Assembly: GCA_963823505.1 (NCBI GenBank)
Contig: CAWGLY010000008.1
Span: 373,924-437,923, forward strand
Source of the DNA: an uncultured Acidimicrobiia bacterium
GTDB taxonomy: Bacteria; Actinomycetota; Acidimicrobiia; Spongiisociales; UBA5794
DNA: 64,000 nucleotides
Direction of reading: 5' to 3'
The notes beneath the pieces are model-generated. The model ran no database searches and was not told the DNA's origin. It saw nothing but the letters and a program-made list of their open reading frames with translations. Positions 37,960 to 49,397 of the stretch are shown here, one piece after another (within the stretch, counting starts at the first letter, position 1; the number at the start of each line of letters is the position of its first letter). A program made the translations under genes and the position numbers.

Positions 37960-39057
37960 ATGCGACGGGCGTTTGTACTGCTCGCCACGCTTGTGATGAT
38001 GGTGGGTCTTGCGGTGCCGGCCGGTGCCGATGACTCCGAGGGGATCGAGTTCATCGGGGAGACCACTTTCCCGACCGGGTACCTGTTCGAGGGCGTCGAG
38101 GTCGGCGGGCTCTCCGGTCTCGCATGGGATCAGCCCAAGGGGGTGTACTACGCCTTGTCAGATGACCGCAGCCAGATCGCACCTGCCCGCTTCTACACCG
38201 TTGCGATCGACGTGAGCGACGGGTCGCTCGATGACGGTGACGTGACCTTCCTCGCCCAGACGTCGCTTCTCGACCGCTCTGGCCAGCCCTATGCGGAGCT
38301 CTCGCTCGACCCTGAAGGCATTGCGCTGTCCCGGACCCGCACGCTCTATGTCTCCTCGGAGGGTGACACCGCGGTTCTGCAAGCTCCGTTCGTCAACGAG
38401 TATTCGATCGACGGCGCTCTGCTGGACGAGCTGTTCGTCCCGCCTGCGTACGTGCCCACGGCCGACGGGTCGGCCGGCATCCGTCAGAATGCGGCCTTCG
38501 AGTCGCTGACGGTCTCGCCGGACGGGCTTCGGCTCACCACGGCGACGGAGGCGGCGCTGTTCCAGGATGGCCCGGCAGCCGACCTGGTGACAGGCAGCCC
38601 GTCCAGGGTCGTCGTGTACGACACCCGCACCGGACGGCCCACCTCCGAGTACATCTACGAGAACGAGCGGGTCACCGACGAGCCGATCCCTGCGGATTCC
38701 TTCAAGGTGAACGGTCTCGTCGAGCTGCTGGCCCTCGACAACCGCGGGTCCTACCTCGCCCTGGAGCGATCATTCTCCGTCGGCGTCGGGAACAACGTTC
38801 GGCTCTATCACATCACCACGCGGCGAGCGGACAGCGTGTGGCGGCTCTTCTCCATCGAGGGGCTGGACCCGCGGCCGGTAACCAAGGATCTGGTGCTCGA
38901 TCTGACGGACCTCGGCATCACGCTCGACAACCTCGAGGGCATGGCCCTTGCCCCGCCGCTGGCCGACGGGCGCACCCCGTTGATCATCGTTTCCGACAAC
39001 AATTTCAACCCCAGCGGGGCGTTCACCCAATTCCTGGCCTTCGCCTTGAATCTGTAG
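37960..39057 (+). CDS. secreted 'esterase-like activity of phytase' family protein (PF13449-like)
   Basis: ATG at 37960 with SD AAGGGAGAG. Signal peptide MRRAFVLLATLVMMVGLAVPAGA. GGLSGL motif and YYALSDDR typical of the family. Confidence 0.65.
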   Translation: MRRAFVLLATLVMMVGLAVPAGADDSEGIEFIGETTFPTGYLFEGVEVGGLSGLAWDQPKGVYYALSDDRSQIAPARFYTVAIDVSDGSLDDGDVTFLAQTSLLDRSGQPYAELSLDPEGIALSRTRTLYVSSEGDTAVLQAPFVNEYSIDGALLDELFVPPAYVPTADGSAGIRQNAAFESLTVSPDGLRLTTATEAALFQDGPAADLVTGSPSRVVVYDTRTGRPTSEYIYENERVTDEPIPADSFKVNGLVELLALDNRGSYLALERSFSVGVGNNVRLYHITTRRADSVWRLFSIEGLDPRPVTKDLVLDLTDLGITLDNLEGMALAPPLADGRTPLIIVSDNNFNPSGAFTQFLAFALNL

Positions 39058-39070
39058 CCGCCTCCGCGTT

Positions 39071-39388
39071 TCAGAACGCGGCTTGGATGAGCCACAGGGC
39101 CGCCATGCCGACGACGATCGTCCATGCCACGGACTTGGTGCGCAGCGCGACGAGGAGCGCTACGGCGCCTGCGGCGAACTTCGGGTTGGCGGTCGTCACA
39201 TCCACGACGCCGCCTGGGCTGATGACCGCAGGGGCAACGATGGCGGCGAGTACCGCAGGCGCGACGTAGCGAAGCGGCGACTGGAGCCACTCGGGCACGC
39301 CGGACCGCCCGAACGCGGCCACGAACGACAGCCGGGTGAGATACGTGCCGACGCCGATGGCCATGATGATCAGCAGGTAGGTGCTCAC
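39071..39388 (-). CDS. azlD: AzlD-family branched-chain amino acid transport protein
   Basis: GTG at 39388 overlapping the azlC stop (GTGA). 105-aa small membrane protein (LLIIMAIGVGTYLTRLSF...). Confidence 0.7.
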   Translation of the reverse strand: MSTYLLIIMAIGVGTYLTRLSFVAAFGRSGVPEWLQSPLRYVAPAVLAAIVAPAVISPGGVVDVTTANPKFAAGAVALLVALRTKSVAWTIVVGMAALWLIQAAF

Positions 39389-40095
39389 TTCGTGTCCATC
39401 CGCTCCACGAGGACACCCGCAGCGACACCGAGGAGAGCCGCCACGATGAGGCCGAGGCGGTACGGGATGTTGCGACCGAGCACTGCGGCAACCGCCCCAA
39501 CCGTCGCTGCCGCCACGCCGGGACGTTTCGCCAGGGACGGGATCATCAAGACCATGAAAACGAGGGGAATGGCGAACTCGAGCGACCAGGATTCGGGTAT
39601 CTGCGCCCCGAGGATGGTTCCGGCAGCCGTCGTGATCTGCCAGGGGAGCCACAGACCGATTGCCGCACCGAAGTAGAACCACCGCTTGTAGATCGGATCG
39701 TCCACGGTGTCGTACCGCACGATGGACACGGCGAAAGCTTGATCGGTCATCAGGTAGGGCATTCCAAAGCGCCATGGCGTCGGGAACTCGCGGAAGTGGT
39801 TCGCAAGCGCCGCGGAGTACATCAGGTGCCGGGCGTTGACTACGAGTGCGGTTGCGATGATGACCGCTGACGCTGTTCCCGCATTGGCGAGCTCGATCGT
39901 GACCAGTTGAGCGGCGCCGGCGAAGATGATGAAAGAGGTCGACCAGGCCAACCCGGCACCCATGACGGAGGCCCCCGCCGCAACCCCGAGGATGAGACCG
40001 AACGGGACAACACCGACGAGCAAGGGGGCAATCCCGCGCATCCCGTCCACGAAGGCGGCACGCGAGACGGCGTCGCTCGGTTGTGTCGATCCCAA
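39385..40095 (-). CDS. azlC: AzlC-family branched-chain amino acid permease
   Basis: TTG at 40095 preceded by GGAGGA. The N-terminus FVDGMRGIAPLLVGVVPFGLILG is typical of AzlC. The supplied ORF extends upstream through non-protein-like sequence. Confidence 0.8.
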   Translation of the reverse strand: MGSTQPSDAVSRAAFVDGMRGIAPLLVGVVPFGLILGVAAGASVMGAGLAWSTSFIIFAGAAQLVTIELANAGTASAVIIATALVVNARHLMYSAALANHFREFPTPWRFGMPYLMTDQAFAVSIVRYDTVDDPIYKRWFYFGAAIGLWLPWQITTAAGTILGAQIPESWSLEFAIPLVFMVLMIPSLAKRPGVAAATVGAVAAVLGRNIPYRLGLIVAALLGVAAGVLVERMDTK

Positions 40096-40291
40096 GTCAT
40101 CCTCCGGACGGCGGGTCAGGCTACCGAGTCGGGTAGAGGCCAAGACCGGTCGCCCGTAGCATGGGTTGGAAGGGCAACATTGGATGGCGCATGACCAAGC
40201 CCGCAGACACCGCTGCCATGAGATCATCCGAGCGCAAGACTGCGGAAATGCCGCGGCGGCGTTCCGGCATGACGATCCCGCCACCGGGGGA

Positions 40292-41146
40292 TCAGTCCCA
40301 GGCAAAATCGCGGCCTACCAGCGTTGCCAGCCGCTCGTTGTGGGGCGCAAAGTGGGTGCGGAGGCGCGCCAAGACCTCCTCGTCCTCTCCGCGAGATGCC
40401 GTGCCGTGCACCTTGCTGAAGTTGCCGGGCGACCAGTCCGAGATGCCGATGAACCGTGTGATCCGACGCCACGCCTCCGCAGGCTCGGCGTAGTAGTCCT
40501 CGGACCGAACGATGAGGAACCGGTTGCGGTCGATCGCCTCGAACCACCTCCCGAGTTGGTCGGCGTAGTGCCCCCGGGCCGCATACGAGTAGCGGAACCA
40601 GTCCACAGCGGCGTAGTTGGGTTCCTCGAGCATCCGCTCCCATTCGGGAGCGAGACGGCGCTCCTCGGCATCGAGGGCATCGGCGAATGACAGCGTCTCG
40701 TGGTCGAGGCGTCGCATGAGCTTCCAGTGGCTGTGGGCTCGCTCGACGGGGTTGCGGAGAAGCACGATGAACCGCGTTTCGGGCAGCTCTGCCGCGGCCC
40801 ACCCGGCGGCGTGGGGGTGAGCGAGGTAGTTCGGAGTCGCCTCTCCGCTCACCGTCACCCTGCTGCCGTCACCTCCGGCAGACCGCTCCCGTGCGGTGGG
40901 GAAGTGGGCCCGATACCAACGTTCTCCTGACCCATGGTGATAGTCGAAGTAGTGAATCTCCTTCGTCACCGGCGGCAGCACTTGGGGATGGGCCCTGAGA
41001 TCGCGGAACAGGCTCGTGGTTCCCGCTCGCATCGTGCCGATCAGCACGAAGTCCGGCGCGGGCCTGCTCCCGGCAGTCCACCGTCCCCACGCCAGCCGGG
41101 CGTCCGTCGTCCCGCGGTCGAGTATGCGTTTCGGCAGCGATGTCAT
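40292..41146 (-). CDS. sulfotransferase-family protein (PAPS-dependent, cytosolic type)
   Basis: ATG at 41146. 5'-PSB motif GTMRAGTTSLF. 3'-PB motif LLRNPVERAHSHW. Confidence 0.75.
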   Translation of the reverse strand: MTSLPKRILDRGTTDARLAWGRWTAGSRPAPDFVLIGTMRAGTTSLFRDLRAHPQVLPPVTKEIHYFDYHHGSGERWYRAHFPTARERSAGGDGSRVTVSGEATPNYLAHPHAAGWAAAELPETRFIVLLRNPVERAHSHWKLMRRLDHETLSFADALDAEERRLAPEWERMLEEPNYAAVDWFRYSYAARGHYADQLGRWFEAIDRNRFLIVRSEDYYAEPAEAWRRITRFIGISDWSPGNFSKVHGTASRGEDEEVLARLRTHFAPHNERLATLVGRDFAWD

Positions 41147-41241
41147 CACCGCCACCGTAGCGCCGCCACCGCCGCGCACGGCCTCCGGTGTGAGCGGCTC
41201 CCGAGGGGTAGAGTCGTCGTCTCACGGTGTCGGGAGGACGG

Positions 41242-41817
41242 GTGAAGATCACAGAAGTCATCGAGGTCGGTCGCAACATCGATCAGGTGTGGGCGCTCTT
41301 CGAGGACGTGCCCGAGCTCGCCCGATGCCTCCCTGGGGCAGAGCTGACGGAGGACAAGGGCGGCGGGGTGTATGCGGGCAGCGTGGGCACCAAGCTCGGC
41401 CCCATGACCGCAACCTTCGAGGGCGAGGCGACCGTCACCTCCGACGAGACGACGCGTACCGGCAGCGTCAAGGGCAAGGGCATGGACAAGCGCGGCGGCA
41501 GCGTCGGCCAGGTCAAGATGGATTACTCCATGGAGCCCACAGACGTCGGTACCCGAATCACCGTGGACGCCGACGTGATCCTCTCAGGAGCGGCAGCTCA
41601 ATTCGGCCGCACAGGTTTGATCAAGGAGATGTCGAGCCGGCTCATCGCCGAGTTCGTGGCGTGCGTCGAGGCAAAGCTCGCCGCGGAGACCCAGGAGGAA
41701 GCCGCCGAGGTGCAGGCCGCCGAGGTCAAAGGTGTGTCGCTGTTCTTCTCCAGCCTGATCGCGATGATCGTCGGGTTCTTCAAGAAGCTCGTCGGGCGCG
41801 GCTCGCCGACTGAGTGA
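41242..41817 (+). CDS. SRPBCC-fold protein CoxG-like (carbon monoxide dehydrogenase subunit G family)
   Basis: GTG at 41242 preceded by GGGAGGA gives MKITEVIEVGRN, the typical CoxG start. C-terminal amphipathic/hydrophobic tail. Confidence 0.7.
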   Translation: MKITEVIEVGRNIDQVWALFEDVPELARCLPGAELTEDKGGGVYAGSVGTKLGPMTATFEGEATVTSDETTRTGSVKGKGMDKRGGSVGQVKMDYSMEPTDVGTRITVDADVILSGAAAQFGRTGLIKEMSSRLIAEFVACVEAKLAAETQEEAAEVQAAEVKGVSLFFSSLIAMIVGFFKKLVGRGSPTE

Positions 41818-42479
41818 AATCCCTCGCGACGCGGGCCTTCATCTGGATCGGTTGCGTCGCCTTGGCCGCAAGTCTTGGAGCATGCGGCGCCGGCTCGGCC
41901 AACGTCGAGACGACTACCACTTCGCCTCCCGCAGCGGAGACGTCACGGCCGGCGCCGACCGGCGAACCTGGACCGGACGCTGCCTCTATGGCTGCTGCAG
42001 CAGCAGCCCTGTGCCCCATCATGTGGGAGTGGGTGCAGCAGGTCGGGGCGGCGTTCAATGACGCGGCGGCGGACGTTGCGGAGCTGCCTGAACCGGAGCA
42101 ACGGCGGAGTCGATGGTTCGAGGGTCTGGACAGAATGGTGGCGCTCGACGAACAGCTCCTCGCCGACGTCCGCCCGCTTGCAGACGATGAGGTGCTCGCT
42201 CCGCTGGTGGTCGACATCGATGGAGGGGTGGAAGCCTCGCTGCGTGAGATCGACGACATCCGGGCGTTGTTCATGGAAGCCCCCGAGATCGACGAGCAGC
42301 GCCACCAGGCCCGAACTTCGCAGATCATCGTCCGCGTCGAGAAGGTCATCGATGTGGCCAAACCCGAGCTTGCCGACCACGACACCGACGGCACCCTGAT
42401 CGCCGCGTTTGCCCAGGTACCGAGCTGCAGACATTCGTTGAAGGACGTTCCCGACTTGGACGCCCAATCGGGCGATTGA
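41814..42479 (+). CDS. hypothetical lipoprotein embedded between coxG and coxS
   Basis: GTG overlaps the coxG stop. Signal peptide plus lipobox (LAASLGACGAGS). Acidic. No family match. Confidence 0.45.
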   Translation: MKSLATRAFIWIGCVALAASLGACGAGSANVETTTTSPPAAETSRPAPTGEPGPDAASMAAAAAALCPIMWEWVQQVGAAFNDAAADVAELPEPEQRRSRWFEGLDRMVALDEQLLADVRPLADDEVLAPLVVDIDGGVEASLREIDDIRALFMEAPEIDEQRHQARTSQIIVRVEKVIDVAKPELADHDTDGTLIAAFAQVPSCRHSLKDVPDLDAQSGD

Positions 42480-42579
42480 ACGCTGCTCTCCGGCATCCTG
42501 CGTCCCACTTTCCCCGACATCGGCTGCCGCGGCTTGCTAGCTTCACGGGAGGTCCCGTTCCCAAGCGAAAAGGGGTGTG

Positions 42580-43080
42580 ATGGAGCTCTCGATGACCGTC
42601 AACGGGAAAGCGGTGTCGGGCGATGTGGAACCACGCACGTTGCTCGTCCACTTCCTCAGGGAGGATCTCCTCCTCACCGGCACGCACATCGGGTGCGAAT
42701 CCGGCTACTGCGGGGCCTGTACGGTCCACGTCGACGGTGTGCCGACGAAGTCGTGCATGGTGCTGGCCGTCCAAGCCGACGGCGCAGACGTCACCACGAT
42801 CGAAGGGCTCTCGACCGGCGATGACCTCCACCCGGTCCAGGAAGGCTTCTGGGAGCGCCATGGCTTGCAGTGCGGCTACTGCACCCCGGGCATGATCATG
42901 AGTGCCGCAAGCATCCTCGCCGAGAACGACAGCCCATCCGAGGCGGAGATACGGCACGGGCTCGAAGGCAATCTCTGCCGGTGCACCGGATACCACAACA
43001 TCGTCAAGTCCGTCGAGTACGCCGCCGCCAAGATGCGTGGCGAGACACCACCGGCGGCCGAGTGGGAGGCGCAGTCATGA
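42580..43080 (+). CDS. coxS: (2Fe-2S)-binding small subunit of xanthine dehydrogenase/CODH-family molybdoenzyme
   Basis: Two [2Fe-2S] cysteine clusters ([11 protein letters not shown] and CGYCTPGMI...CRCTGY). ATG at 42580 after AAAAGGGG. Confidence 0.9.
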   Translation: MELSMTVNGKAVSGDVEPRTLLVHFLREDLLLTGTHIGCESGYCGACTVHVDGVPTKSCMVLAVQADGADVTTIEGLSTGDDLHPVQEGFWERHGLQCGYCTPGMIMSAASILAENDSPSEAEIRHGLEGNLCRCTGYHNIVKSVEYAAAKMRGETPPAAEWEAQS

Positions 43081-45464
43081 CCTCGACCACCAGCGCACTC
43101 GGCGGGGTCGTCCGCCGCAAGGAAGATCCCGCGCTGATTCGCGGTCGCGGCAAGTACGTCGACGACATCAAGCGTGCAGGCGAGCTGAGTGTCGTTTTTG
43201 TCCGCAGCCCCTTCGCCCACGCCCGCATCAACTCGGTCGATGCGGCTGCGGCCACGGCAATGCCCGGGGTGCGTGCGGTCTACACCTTCGACGACGTGCG
43301 ACACATCAGCCCGCTGCTGGCCCAGGCGCCGATCGGGAAGCTGCGGCCACTGCTCGCCGACGGTGTCGTCAAGCATGCCGGTGAGGCGGTGGCGATGGTC
43401 GTCGCCGACAACCGCTACCTGGCGCAAGACGCCGCCGATGCGGTGATCGTCGACTACGACCCGTTGCCCGCAGTGATCGACGTCAAGGAGTCTCGAGCAG
43501 ACGCCGTCAAGGTCCACGACGATCTGGACTCCAACGTCCTCGTCACCTGGACCGGTCCCTTCGGTGCGGAACCCGAGCAGCAAGCCGAGATCAAGGCCGG
43601 CATCGAGGCCGCCAAGCAACGTGATGACACCGTCGTGGTCTCGATGGAGATGACCAATCAGCGCTTGATCCCCGTGGCCATCGAGGCAAGGGCAATCGTC
43701 GCCGAATACGGTGCCGGGTACGACCGGCTGACCGTGTGGAGCTCAACGCAGATCCCGCACGCTTTGGCGGGGGCGCTCGCCAAGGTCTTCGGGCTCGCTT
43801 CGAACCAGGTGCGCGTGATCGCCCCTGAGGTTGGAGGCGGGTTTGGGCTCAAGCTGAGCGTGTACGCCGAGGACTTCCTCGTTGCGTTTGCGTCGCAACA
43901 GCTCGAACGGCCGGTTCGCTGGACCGAGACCCGCCGCGAGGCGGCAACCGCCAGTATCCAGGGCCGCGGGTGGATCGGCACCGCCACGATGGTCGGCACC
44001 GCTGACGGTGAGATTCTCGGGTACGAGTTCGACGGCATCGCCGACATGGGGGCCTACACGCAGAACTACACGGTGGCCATCCCGCTGCTGGGGCTGTTCG
44101 TGGGCTCCGGTCAGTACAAGATGCCGACGCATTGGAGCATCGACTGCGTCGTGACCCATACGGCCACGACGGATGCCTACCGGGGCGCTGGACGTCCCGA
44201 GGCGGTGTACTACATCGAGCGCATCATGGATGCGTTTGCGCGGGAGATCGGCATGGACCCTGCCGAGGTACGCAAGAAGAACTTCATCCCCAAGGACGCC
44301 TTCCCTGGCGCCGTCTCGCCCGCAGGGTTTGCGATGGACACGGGTGACTACGAGATGAACCTCGATGCTCTGCTCGAAATGGCGCACTACGCCGATATGC
44401 GAGCGGAGCAGGAAGCGGCCAGGGCTGAGGGACGCCTTGTCGGGATCGGGCTCTCCACGTACGTCGAAGCATGCGGCTTTGCCCCCGCGGCCCTCGCCGA
44501 CCTCGGCTTCTCGTGGTCCGAATACGGTCTGCCATCTGCGTTCAACGGTTCAGGCCTGGTTCGAGTGAATCCCGACGGCACGGCCACGGTGTCGATAGGC
44601 ACCGGCCCTTCAGGGCAGGGGCATCAGACAACGTGGGCCCAGATCGTCAGCGAGCGTCTCGGCATCCCCATCGACAAGATCCAGGTGCACCACGGTGACA
44701 CGCGCGAGTCACCGATGGGGGTGGGGACGTTCGGCTCCCGGTCCCTCGCAGTGGACGGGACGGCCACCTACGACGCAGCTGAACGGGTCAGGGTCAAGGC
44801 CGCCAAGCTGGCAGCCCACTTGCTCGAGGCGAATCCCGAGGACATCGTGTTCGCCGATGGCGGGGCGCGGGTCAAAGGATCCCCTGGCTACGAGAGCCAC
44901 GTCGAGTGGCCCGAGATCGCCAAGCTGGCGTACATGCCGCACATCGCACCCGAAGGCGTCGAACCTGCGCTGGAGGCCCACGTGATCTTCAGCCCGGGCA
45001 ACGCCACATGGCCGTTTGGGTCGCACTTGGCCTTGGTCGAGGTCGAGCGGGACACCGGCGACGTCACGATCCTTCGCTATCTGGCGATGGACGACTGTGG
45101 CAACGTGATCAACCCGATGATCGTTGACGGCCAGCTCCACGGAGGACTGGCACAGGGCATCGGGCAAGCCATGTTCGAGGAGGCGATCTACGACGAAACG
45201 GGCAATCTGCTGACCGGGTCGCTGGTGGACTACCCGCTGCCGACGGCAGGCGATCTTCCATCATTCGAGCTTGGCCGTACCGTGACACCCACCGATGTGA
45301 ACCCTATGGGTGTCAAGGGGATCGGCGAGGCCGGCACCATCGGATCGGCGCAGACGATCGTCAACGCCGTTGTCGACGCCCTTGCCCCGTTGGGGGTCAG
45401 GAACGTCGACATGCCCTTACGCCCACGGAAAGTGTGGCAGGCCATTCAGGACGCACAGGCGTAA
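43077..45464 (+). CDS. coxL: molybdopterin-binding large subunit, xanthine dehydrogenase family, form-II CoxL-like (active-site loop AYRGAGR)
   Basis: ATG at 43077, in frame inside the supplied 42870..45464 ORF, overlapping the coxS stop. 795 aa. Mo-pterin dehydrogenase motifs ([15 protein letters not shown]). The active-site loop is AYRGAGRPE, not the AYRCSFR of bona fide form-I CO dehydrogenases. Confidence 0.9.
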   Translation: MTSTTSALGGVVRRKEDPALIRGRGKYVDDIKRAGELSVVFVRSPFAHARINSVDAAAATAMPGVRAVYTFDDVRHISPLLAQAPIGKLRPLLADGVVKHAGEAVAMVVADNRYLAQDAADAVIVDYDPLPAVIDVKESRADAVKVHDDLDSNVLVTWTGPFGAEPEQQAEIKAGIEAAKQRDDTVVVSMEMTNQRLIPVAIEARAIVAEYGAGYDRLTVWSSTQIPHALAGALAKVFGLASNQVRVIAPEVGGGFGLKLSVYAEDFLVAFASQQLERPVRWTETRREAATASIQGRGWIGTATMVGTADGEILGYEFDGIADMGAYTQNYTVAIPLLGLFVGSGQYKMPTHWSIDCVVTHTATTDAYRGAGRPEAVYYIERIMDAFAREIGMDPAEVRKKNFIPKDAFPGAVSPAGFAMDTGDYEMNLDALLEMAHYADMRAEQEAARAEGRLVGIGLSTYVEACGFAPAALADLGFSWSEYGLPSAFNGSGLVRVNPDGTATVSIGTGPSGQGHQTTWAQIVSERLGIPIDKIQVHHGDTRESPMGVGTFGSRSLAVDGTATYDAAERVRVKAAKLAAHLLEANPEDIVFADGGARVKGSPGYESHVEWPEIAKLAYMPHIAPEGVEPALEAHVIFSPGNATWPFGSHLALVEVERDTGDVTILRYLAMDDCGNVINPMIVDGQLHGGLAQGIGQAMFEEAIYDETGNLLTGSLVDYPLPTAGDLPSFELGRTVTPTDVNPMGVKGIGEAGTIGSAQTIVNAVVDALAPLGVRNVDMPLRPRKVWQAIQDAQA

Positions 45465-45475
45465 AGGAGGTAACG

Positions 45476-46333
45476 ATGTATCCACGTGAGTTCGACTACG
45501 TTGCCCCCGCATCGCTCGACGAGGCGCTCGACGCGCTTGCGGCCAATCCCGGCGCCAAAGTGATGGCCGGCGGTATGAGCCTGATGCCCATGATGAAGAT
45601 GCGGCTGTTCTCGCCCGAGATGGTGGTCGACATCGGCCGCATCCCAGGATTGAGCGAGATCGCCGACAAGGGCGATCATCTGTCCATCGGTGCGCTGGTG
45701 CGGCACGGCCAGACGGCCGCACACGCGCTGGTCAACGAGCACGCCGCCGCCTTGGCGGAGGCGGCCAGCTACACCGGAGACATGCAGGTGCGGCACCGGG
45801 GGACGACGTGCGGCTCGTTGGCGCACGCCGACATCGCCGCCGATCAGCCCGCTGCCGCGCTCGCCCTAGGTGCCACGATGGTGGCGGCATCGAAGAACGG
45901 TACGCGCGAGATCGCAGCGGCCGATTTCTTCGTCGACACGCTGACGTCGGCCCTCAACGGTGATGAGATCCTCGTCGAAGTGCGCATCCCGAAGGCCGGA
46001 GGCGGCTCTGTCTACGACAAGTTGGGCCGTCGCGGCGGTCACAGCGACTACGCCGTGGCTGGTGCCGCCGCGTGGGTCAAGAAGTCCAACGGCACGGTCG
46101 AGGACGCTCGGGTCGCCCTCACCGGTGTCGGCACGAAGCCGACCCTCGCCGCCGGGGCCGCAGAGGCGATCATCGGTACCGACGGGGGCGCATCTGCGAT
46201 CGCAACGGCCTCAGTGCGGGCTACGGAAGGCGTCACGGTGCTCGAGGACCTCTACGGGTCTGAGGAGTACAAGGCGCACCTCGCCAAGGTCTATGTGGCA
46301 CGAGCGTTGGAGGAGGCCATCGCTCGGGCCTGA
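45476..46333 (+). CDS. coxM: FAD-binding medium subunit of molybdoenzyme (CoxM-like)
   Basis: ATG at 45476 after AAAGGAGG. FAD-binding PCMH-type motifs (AGGMSLMP, GTTCGSLAHAD). Confidence 0.85.
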   Translation: MYPREFDYVAPASLDEALDALAANPGAKVMAGGMSLMPMMKMRLFSPEMVVDIGRIPGLSEIADKGDHLSIGALVRHGQTAAHALVNEHAAALAEAASYTGDMQVRHRGTTCGSLAHADIAADQPAAALALGATMVAASKNGTREIAAADFFVDTLTSALNGDEILVEVRIPKAGGGSVYDKLGRRGGHSDYAVAGAAAWVKKSNGTVEDARVALTGVGTKPTLAAGAAEAIIGTDGGASAIATASVRATEGVTVLEDLYGSEEYKAHLAKVYVARALEEAIARA

Positions 46334-46575
46334 CCGCGGAGGGGAGGGAGACGATGCAGCGCCACCGCCTCGTGGCGCTGCATCCGCGTTGGTGAGATTG
46401 CGGCATAGGCGTGGTGGGCTCGCCCGCCGCGATGCGCCTGTCTCCCCACACGGCGAGCCAGCGTGATGTCGGCTGCAGACTGCACAGCACTTCACCGTGG
46501 CTTAGCGTTCGGCGGCAGTTCCGTTGAGGGTGGTTCCCGCACAGTGTGGATGTACACAAGAGGAGGTACATCCCG

Positions 46576-47388
<813 letters not shown>

Positions 47389-47430
47389 CGCACGGTCAGT
47401 CGAATGAGCCCTCGGGGTGAGGGGAGCCGG

Positions 47431-48717
47431 CTAACCCCGGAACTCGATCACCACACGGGCTCCACCGAGGGGGCTCGCTCCAATGGAGAGCGAGCCCCCC
47501 GTTGATTCTGCGGTGCGGCGTGCGATGTCGAGGCCGAGGCCCGTGGAACCGCCGCCGCTCCGCCCCCGCTCCACCGCATCGCCACCGAAGCCGGGCCCGC
47601 CATCATCAACGATCAGCCGGGCACCCTCAGGCGACGCCTCGCAGATCACCGCATAGGCCACGCCTTCCTCGGTGTGCGCAAACACGTTGCCGACCAGGGC
47701 ATCGATCACCGCTTCGAGGTCGTGTTTCGAGACCTTCACTGCCGGGCCGCCGTTCGGTGGGGTGCCTACCGAGGTCTCGCGAGCCTGCTCCTCGGCAAGC
47801 GCGTCCCAGAAGTCCATCCGCTCGGCGACAACCGCGGTCAGATCCGTGACCTCGCCGAGGTCGGGACGGCCAGGCCTGCGCACCGTGTGGATGACGAAGT
47901 CGATCGATCGCTGCAGCTCGGCAACGTCATCCAGCAGGCGTTCCTGATCCGGTCCAGGGGGCAGCCGCTCAACGTCGAGGCCGATGGCGGCGAGTGGTGT
48001 CCGGAGCCGGTGCGACAAATCCGCGGCGGTCTCCCGCTCGGTTTCCAGGAGGGTCGACACCTGCTCGGCGAGGCGGTTGAACTCGGCGCCCACTTCCCGG
48101 ATCTCTGGCGGACCGGCAGGCTCGACCCGCGTGCTCAGATCACCCCGCCCGAGCCGTTCCGCGGCGTTCGACAGGTCTTCGACGGGTCGGACGATGCTCC
48201 GCGCCAGACCTGCCGCGATGACCGCGGAGATGCCGATCAGCACCACCGCGAGGACCCCAAGCAGCAGCCAGGCGCGGTCGACACCTCTCGTGAGATTCTC
48301 CGACTCCACGAGGATCCGCACGACCGCAATGTCGTTGTCGGCGAACGCAGGCACGTACACGGCTTCGCCACCGTCGAGGGCCACTCGGCCGGCGGTTCCT
48401 GAGAAGAAGCGGGTGAGATCCTCCCCGTCCGGTACCGGCGACCCGATCACGGTCAGCGGTCCGCTGGGGCCCTCCTGGCGGAGGATGACCGAAAGATCGT
48501 TGCTGTTGATCTCGCCCGAGTCGGCGATGAGGCGGATCGCATCCGGGTCACCTCGGTTGGCCGCAACGAACACGGCGATCAGTTGAGCGTCGCGTTCGGC
48601 GCCGGCGAGTGCGCGGTCCCGAGCCAGCTCACGCACGAGCACGCCGAGGGGGACGACGAAAGCAATGACGATCAGGCTCGCAACGGCGAGCGCGACGAGG
48701 CCCAGTCGACGTCTCAC
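47431..48717 (-). CDS. sensor histidine kinase (TM-sensor-TM-HAMP-HisKA-HATPase_c)
   Basis: GTG at 48717 overlapping the response regulator stop (GTGA). H-box SHRLRTPLAAI. N/G boxes (NVFAHT, DDGGPGF, GLGLDIARR). Confidence 0.85.
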   Translation of the reverse strand: MRRRLGLVALAVASLIVIAFVVPLGVLVRELARDRALAGAERDAQLIAVFVAANRGDPDAIRLIADSGEINSNDLSVILRQEGPSGPLTVIGSPVPDGEDLTRFFSGTAGRVALDGGEAVYVPAFADNDIAVVRILVESENLTRGVDRAWLLLGVLAVVLIGISAVIAAGLARSIVRPVEDLSNAAERLGRGDLSTRVEPAGPPEIREVGAEFNRLAEQVSTLLETERETAADLSHRLRTPLAAIGLDVERLPPGPDQERLLDDVAELQRSIDFVIHTVRRPGRPDLGEVTDLTAVVAERMDFWDALAEEQARETSVGTPPNGGPAVKVSKHDLEAVIDALVGNVFAHTEEGVAYAVICEASPEGARLIVDDGGPGFGGDAVERGRSGGGSTGLGLDIARRTAESTGGSLSIGASPLGGARVVIEFRG

Positions 48718-49397
48718 GCGCTGGGATCGACCAGCTTGACCCCGACCCCTCGCTTGGTGTGGATGTACACGGGCTCGGCAGCTGACTCGCCGAGCTTGCG
48801 ACGCAGCCACGAGAGGTGGACATCCACCGTCTTGTCGGCGCCGCCGTACGGCTGGCGCCAGACCTCCGCCATCAGCGTCCGCTTGGGGACCATGACGCCC
48901 GGTCGTGCCGCCAGGAACGCCAGTAGCTCGAACTCCTTCGATGTCAGATCGAGCGGTGCCCCTGCGAGCCGGGCGTCGTGGGCGGCCAGGTCGATTTCGA
49001 GGGCGCCGACCACCAACTCGTTCGGCTCGTCCGAGGCCCCACCGCGGCGCAACACGGCACGGATGCGGGCGCCCAGATGCGCAGCAGAGAACGGTTTGAT
49101 CACGTAGTCGTCCGCACCGAGGTCGAGGAGCTTCACGATCCCCGCCTCGTCATCCTGCGCCGTGGCGATGATGACCGGCACGGCGCTGACCGCACGGATC
49201 ATCTTCAGTACCTCCCCTCCGGGTAGATCGGGAAGCCCCAGATCCAGCACCACGACATCCGGGGAGGCCTCCACCGCTTCCTGGACGCCGGCCATGCCGG
49301 TCGGGGCAGAACGCAGCTCGTGGCCCATGTCCGCCAGCGACGCCGCCAGCGACTGCCTGATTCTCTGGTCGTCCTCGATGAGGAGCACGGATGCCAT
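48714..49397 (-). CDS. OmpR/PhoB-family response regulator
   Basis: Receiver domain (VLLIEDD, VVLDLGLPD, phospho-Asp context). Winged-helix trans_reg_C (VHLSWLRRKLG). Confidence 0.9.
   Translation of the reverse strand: MASVLLIEDDQRIRQSLAASLADMGHELRSAPTGMAGVQEAVEASPDVVVLDLGLPDLPGGEVLKMIRAVSAVPVIIATAQDDEAGIVKLLDLGADDYVIKPFSAAHLGARIRAVLRRGGASDEPNELVVGALEIDLAAHDARLAGAPLDLTSKEFELLAFLAARPGVMVPKRTLMAEVWRQPYGGADKTVDVHLSWLRRKLGESAAEPVYIHTKRGVGVKLVDPSA

Noticed and set aside
43077-45464. Calling the large molybdoenzyme subunit a genuine CO dehydrogenase (CoxL form I)
   Set aside because: The active-site loop reads AYRGAGR, not AYRCSFR, so only a form-II or unknown-substrate assignment is supported.
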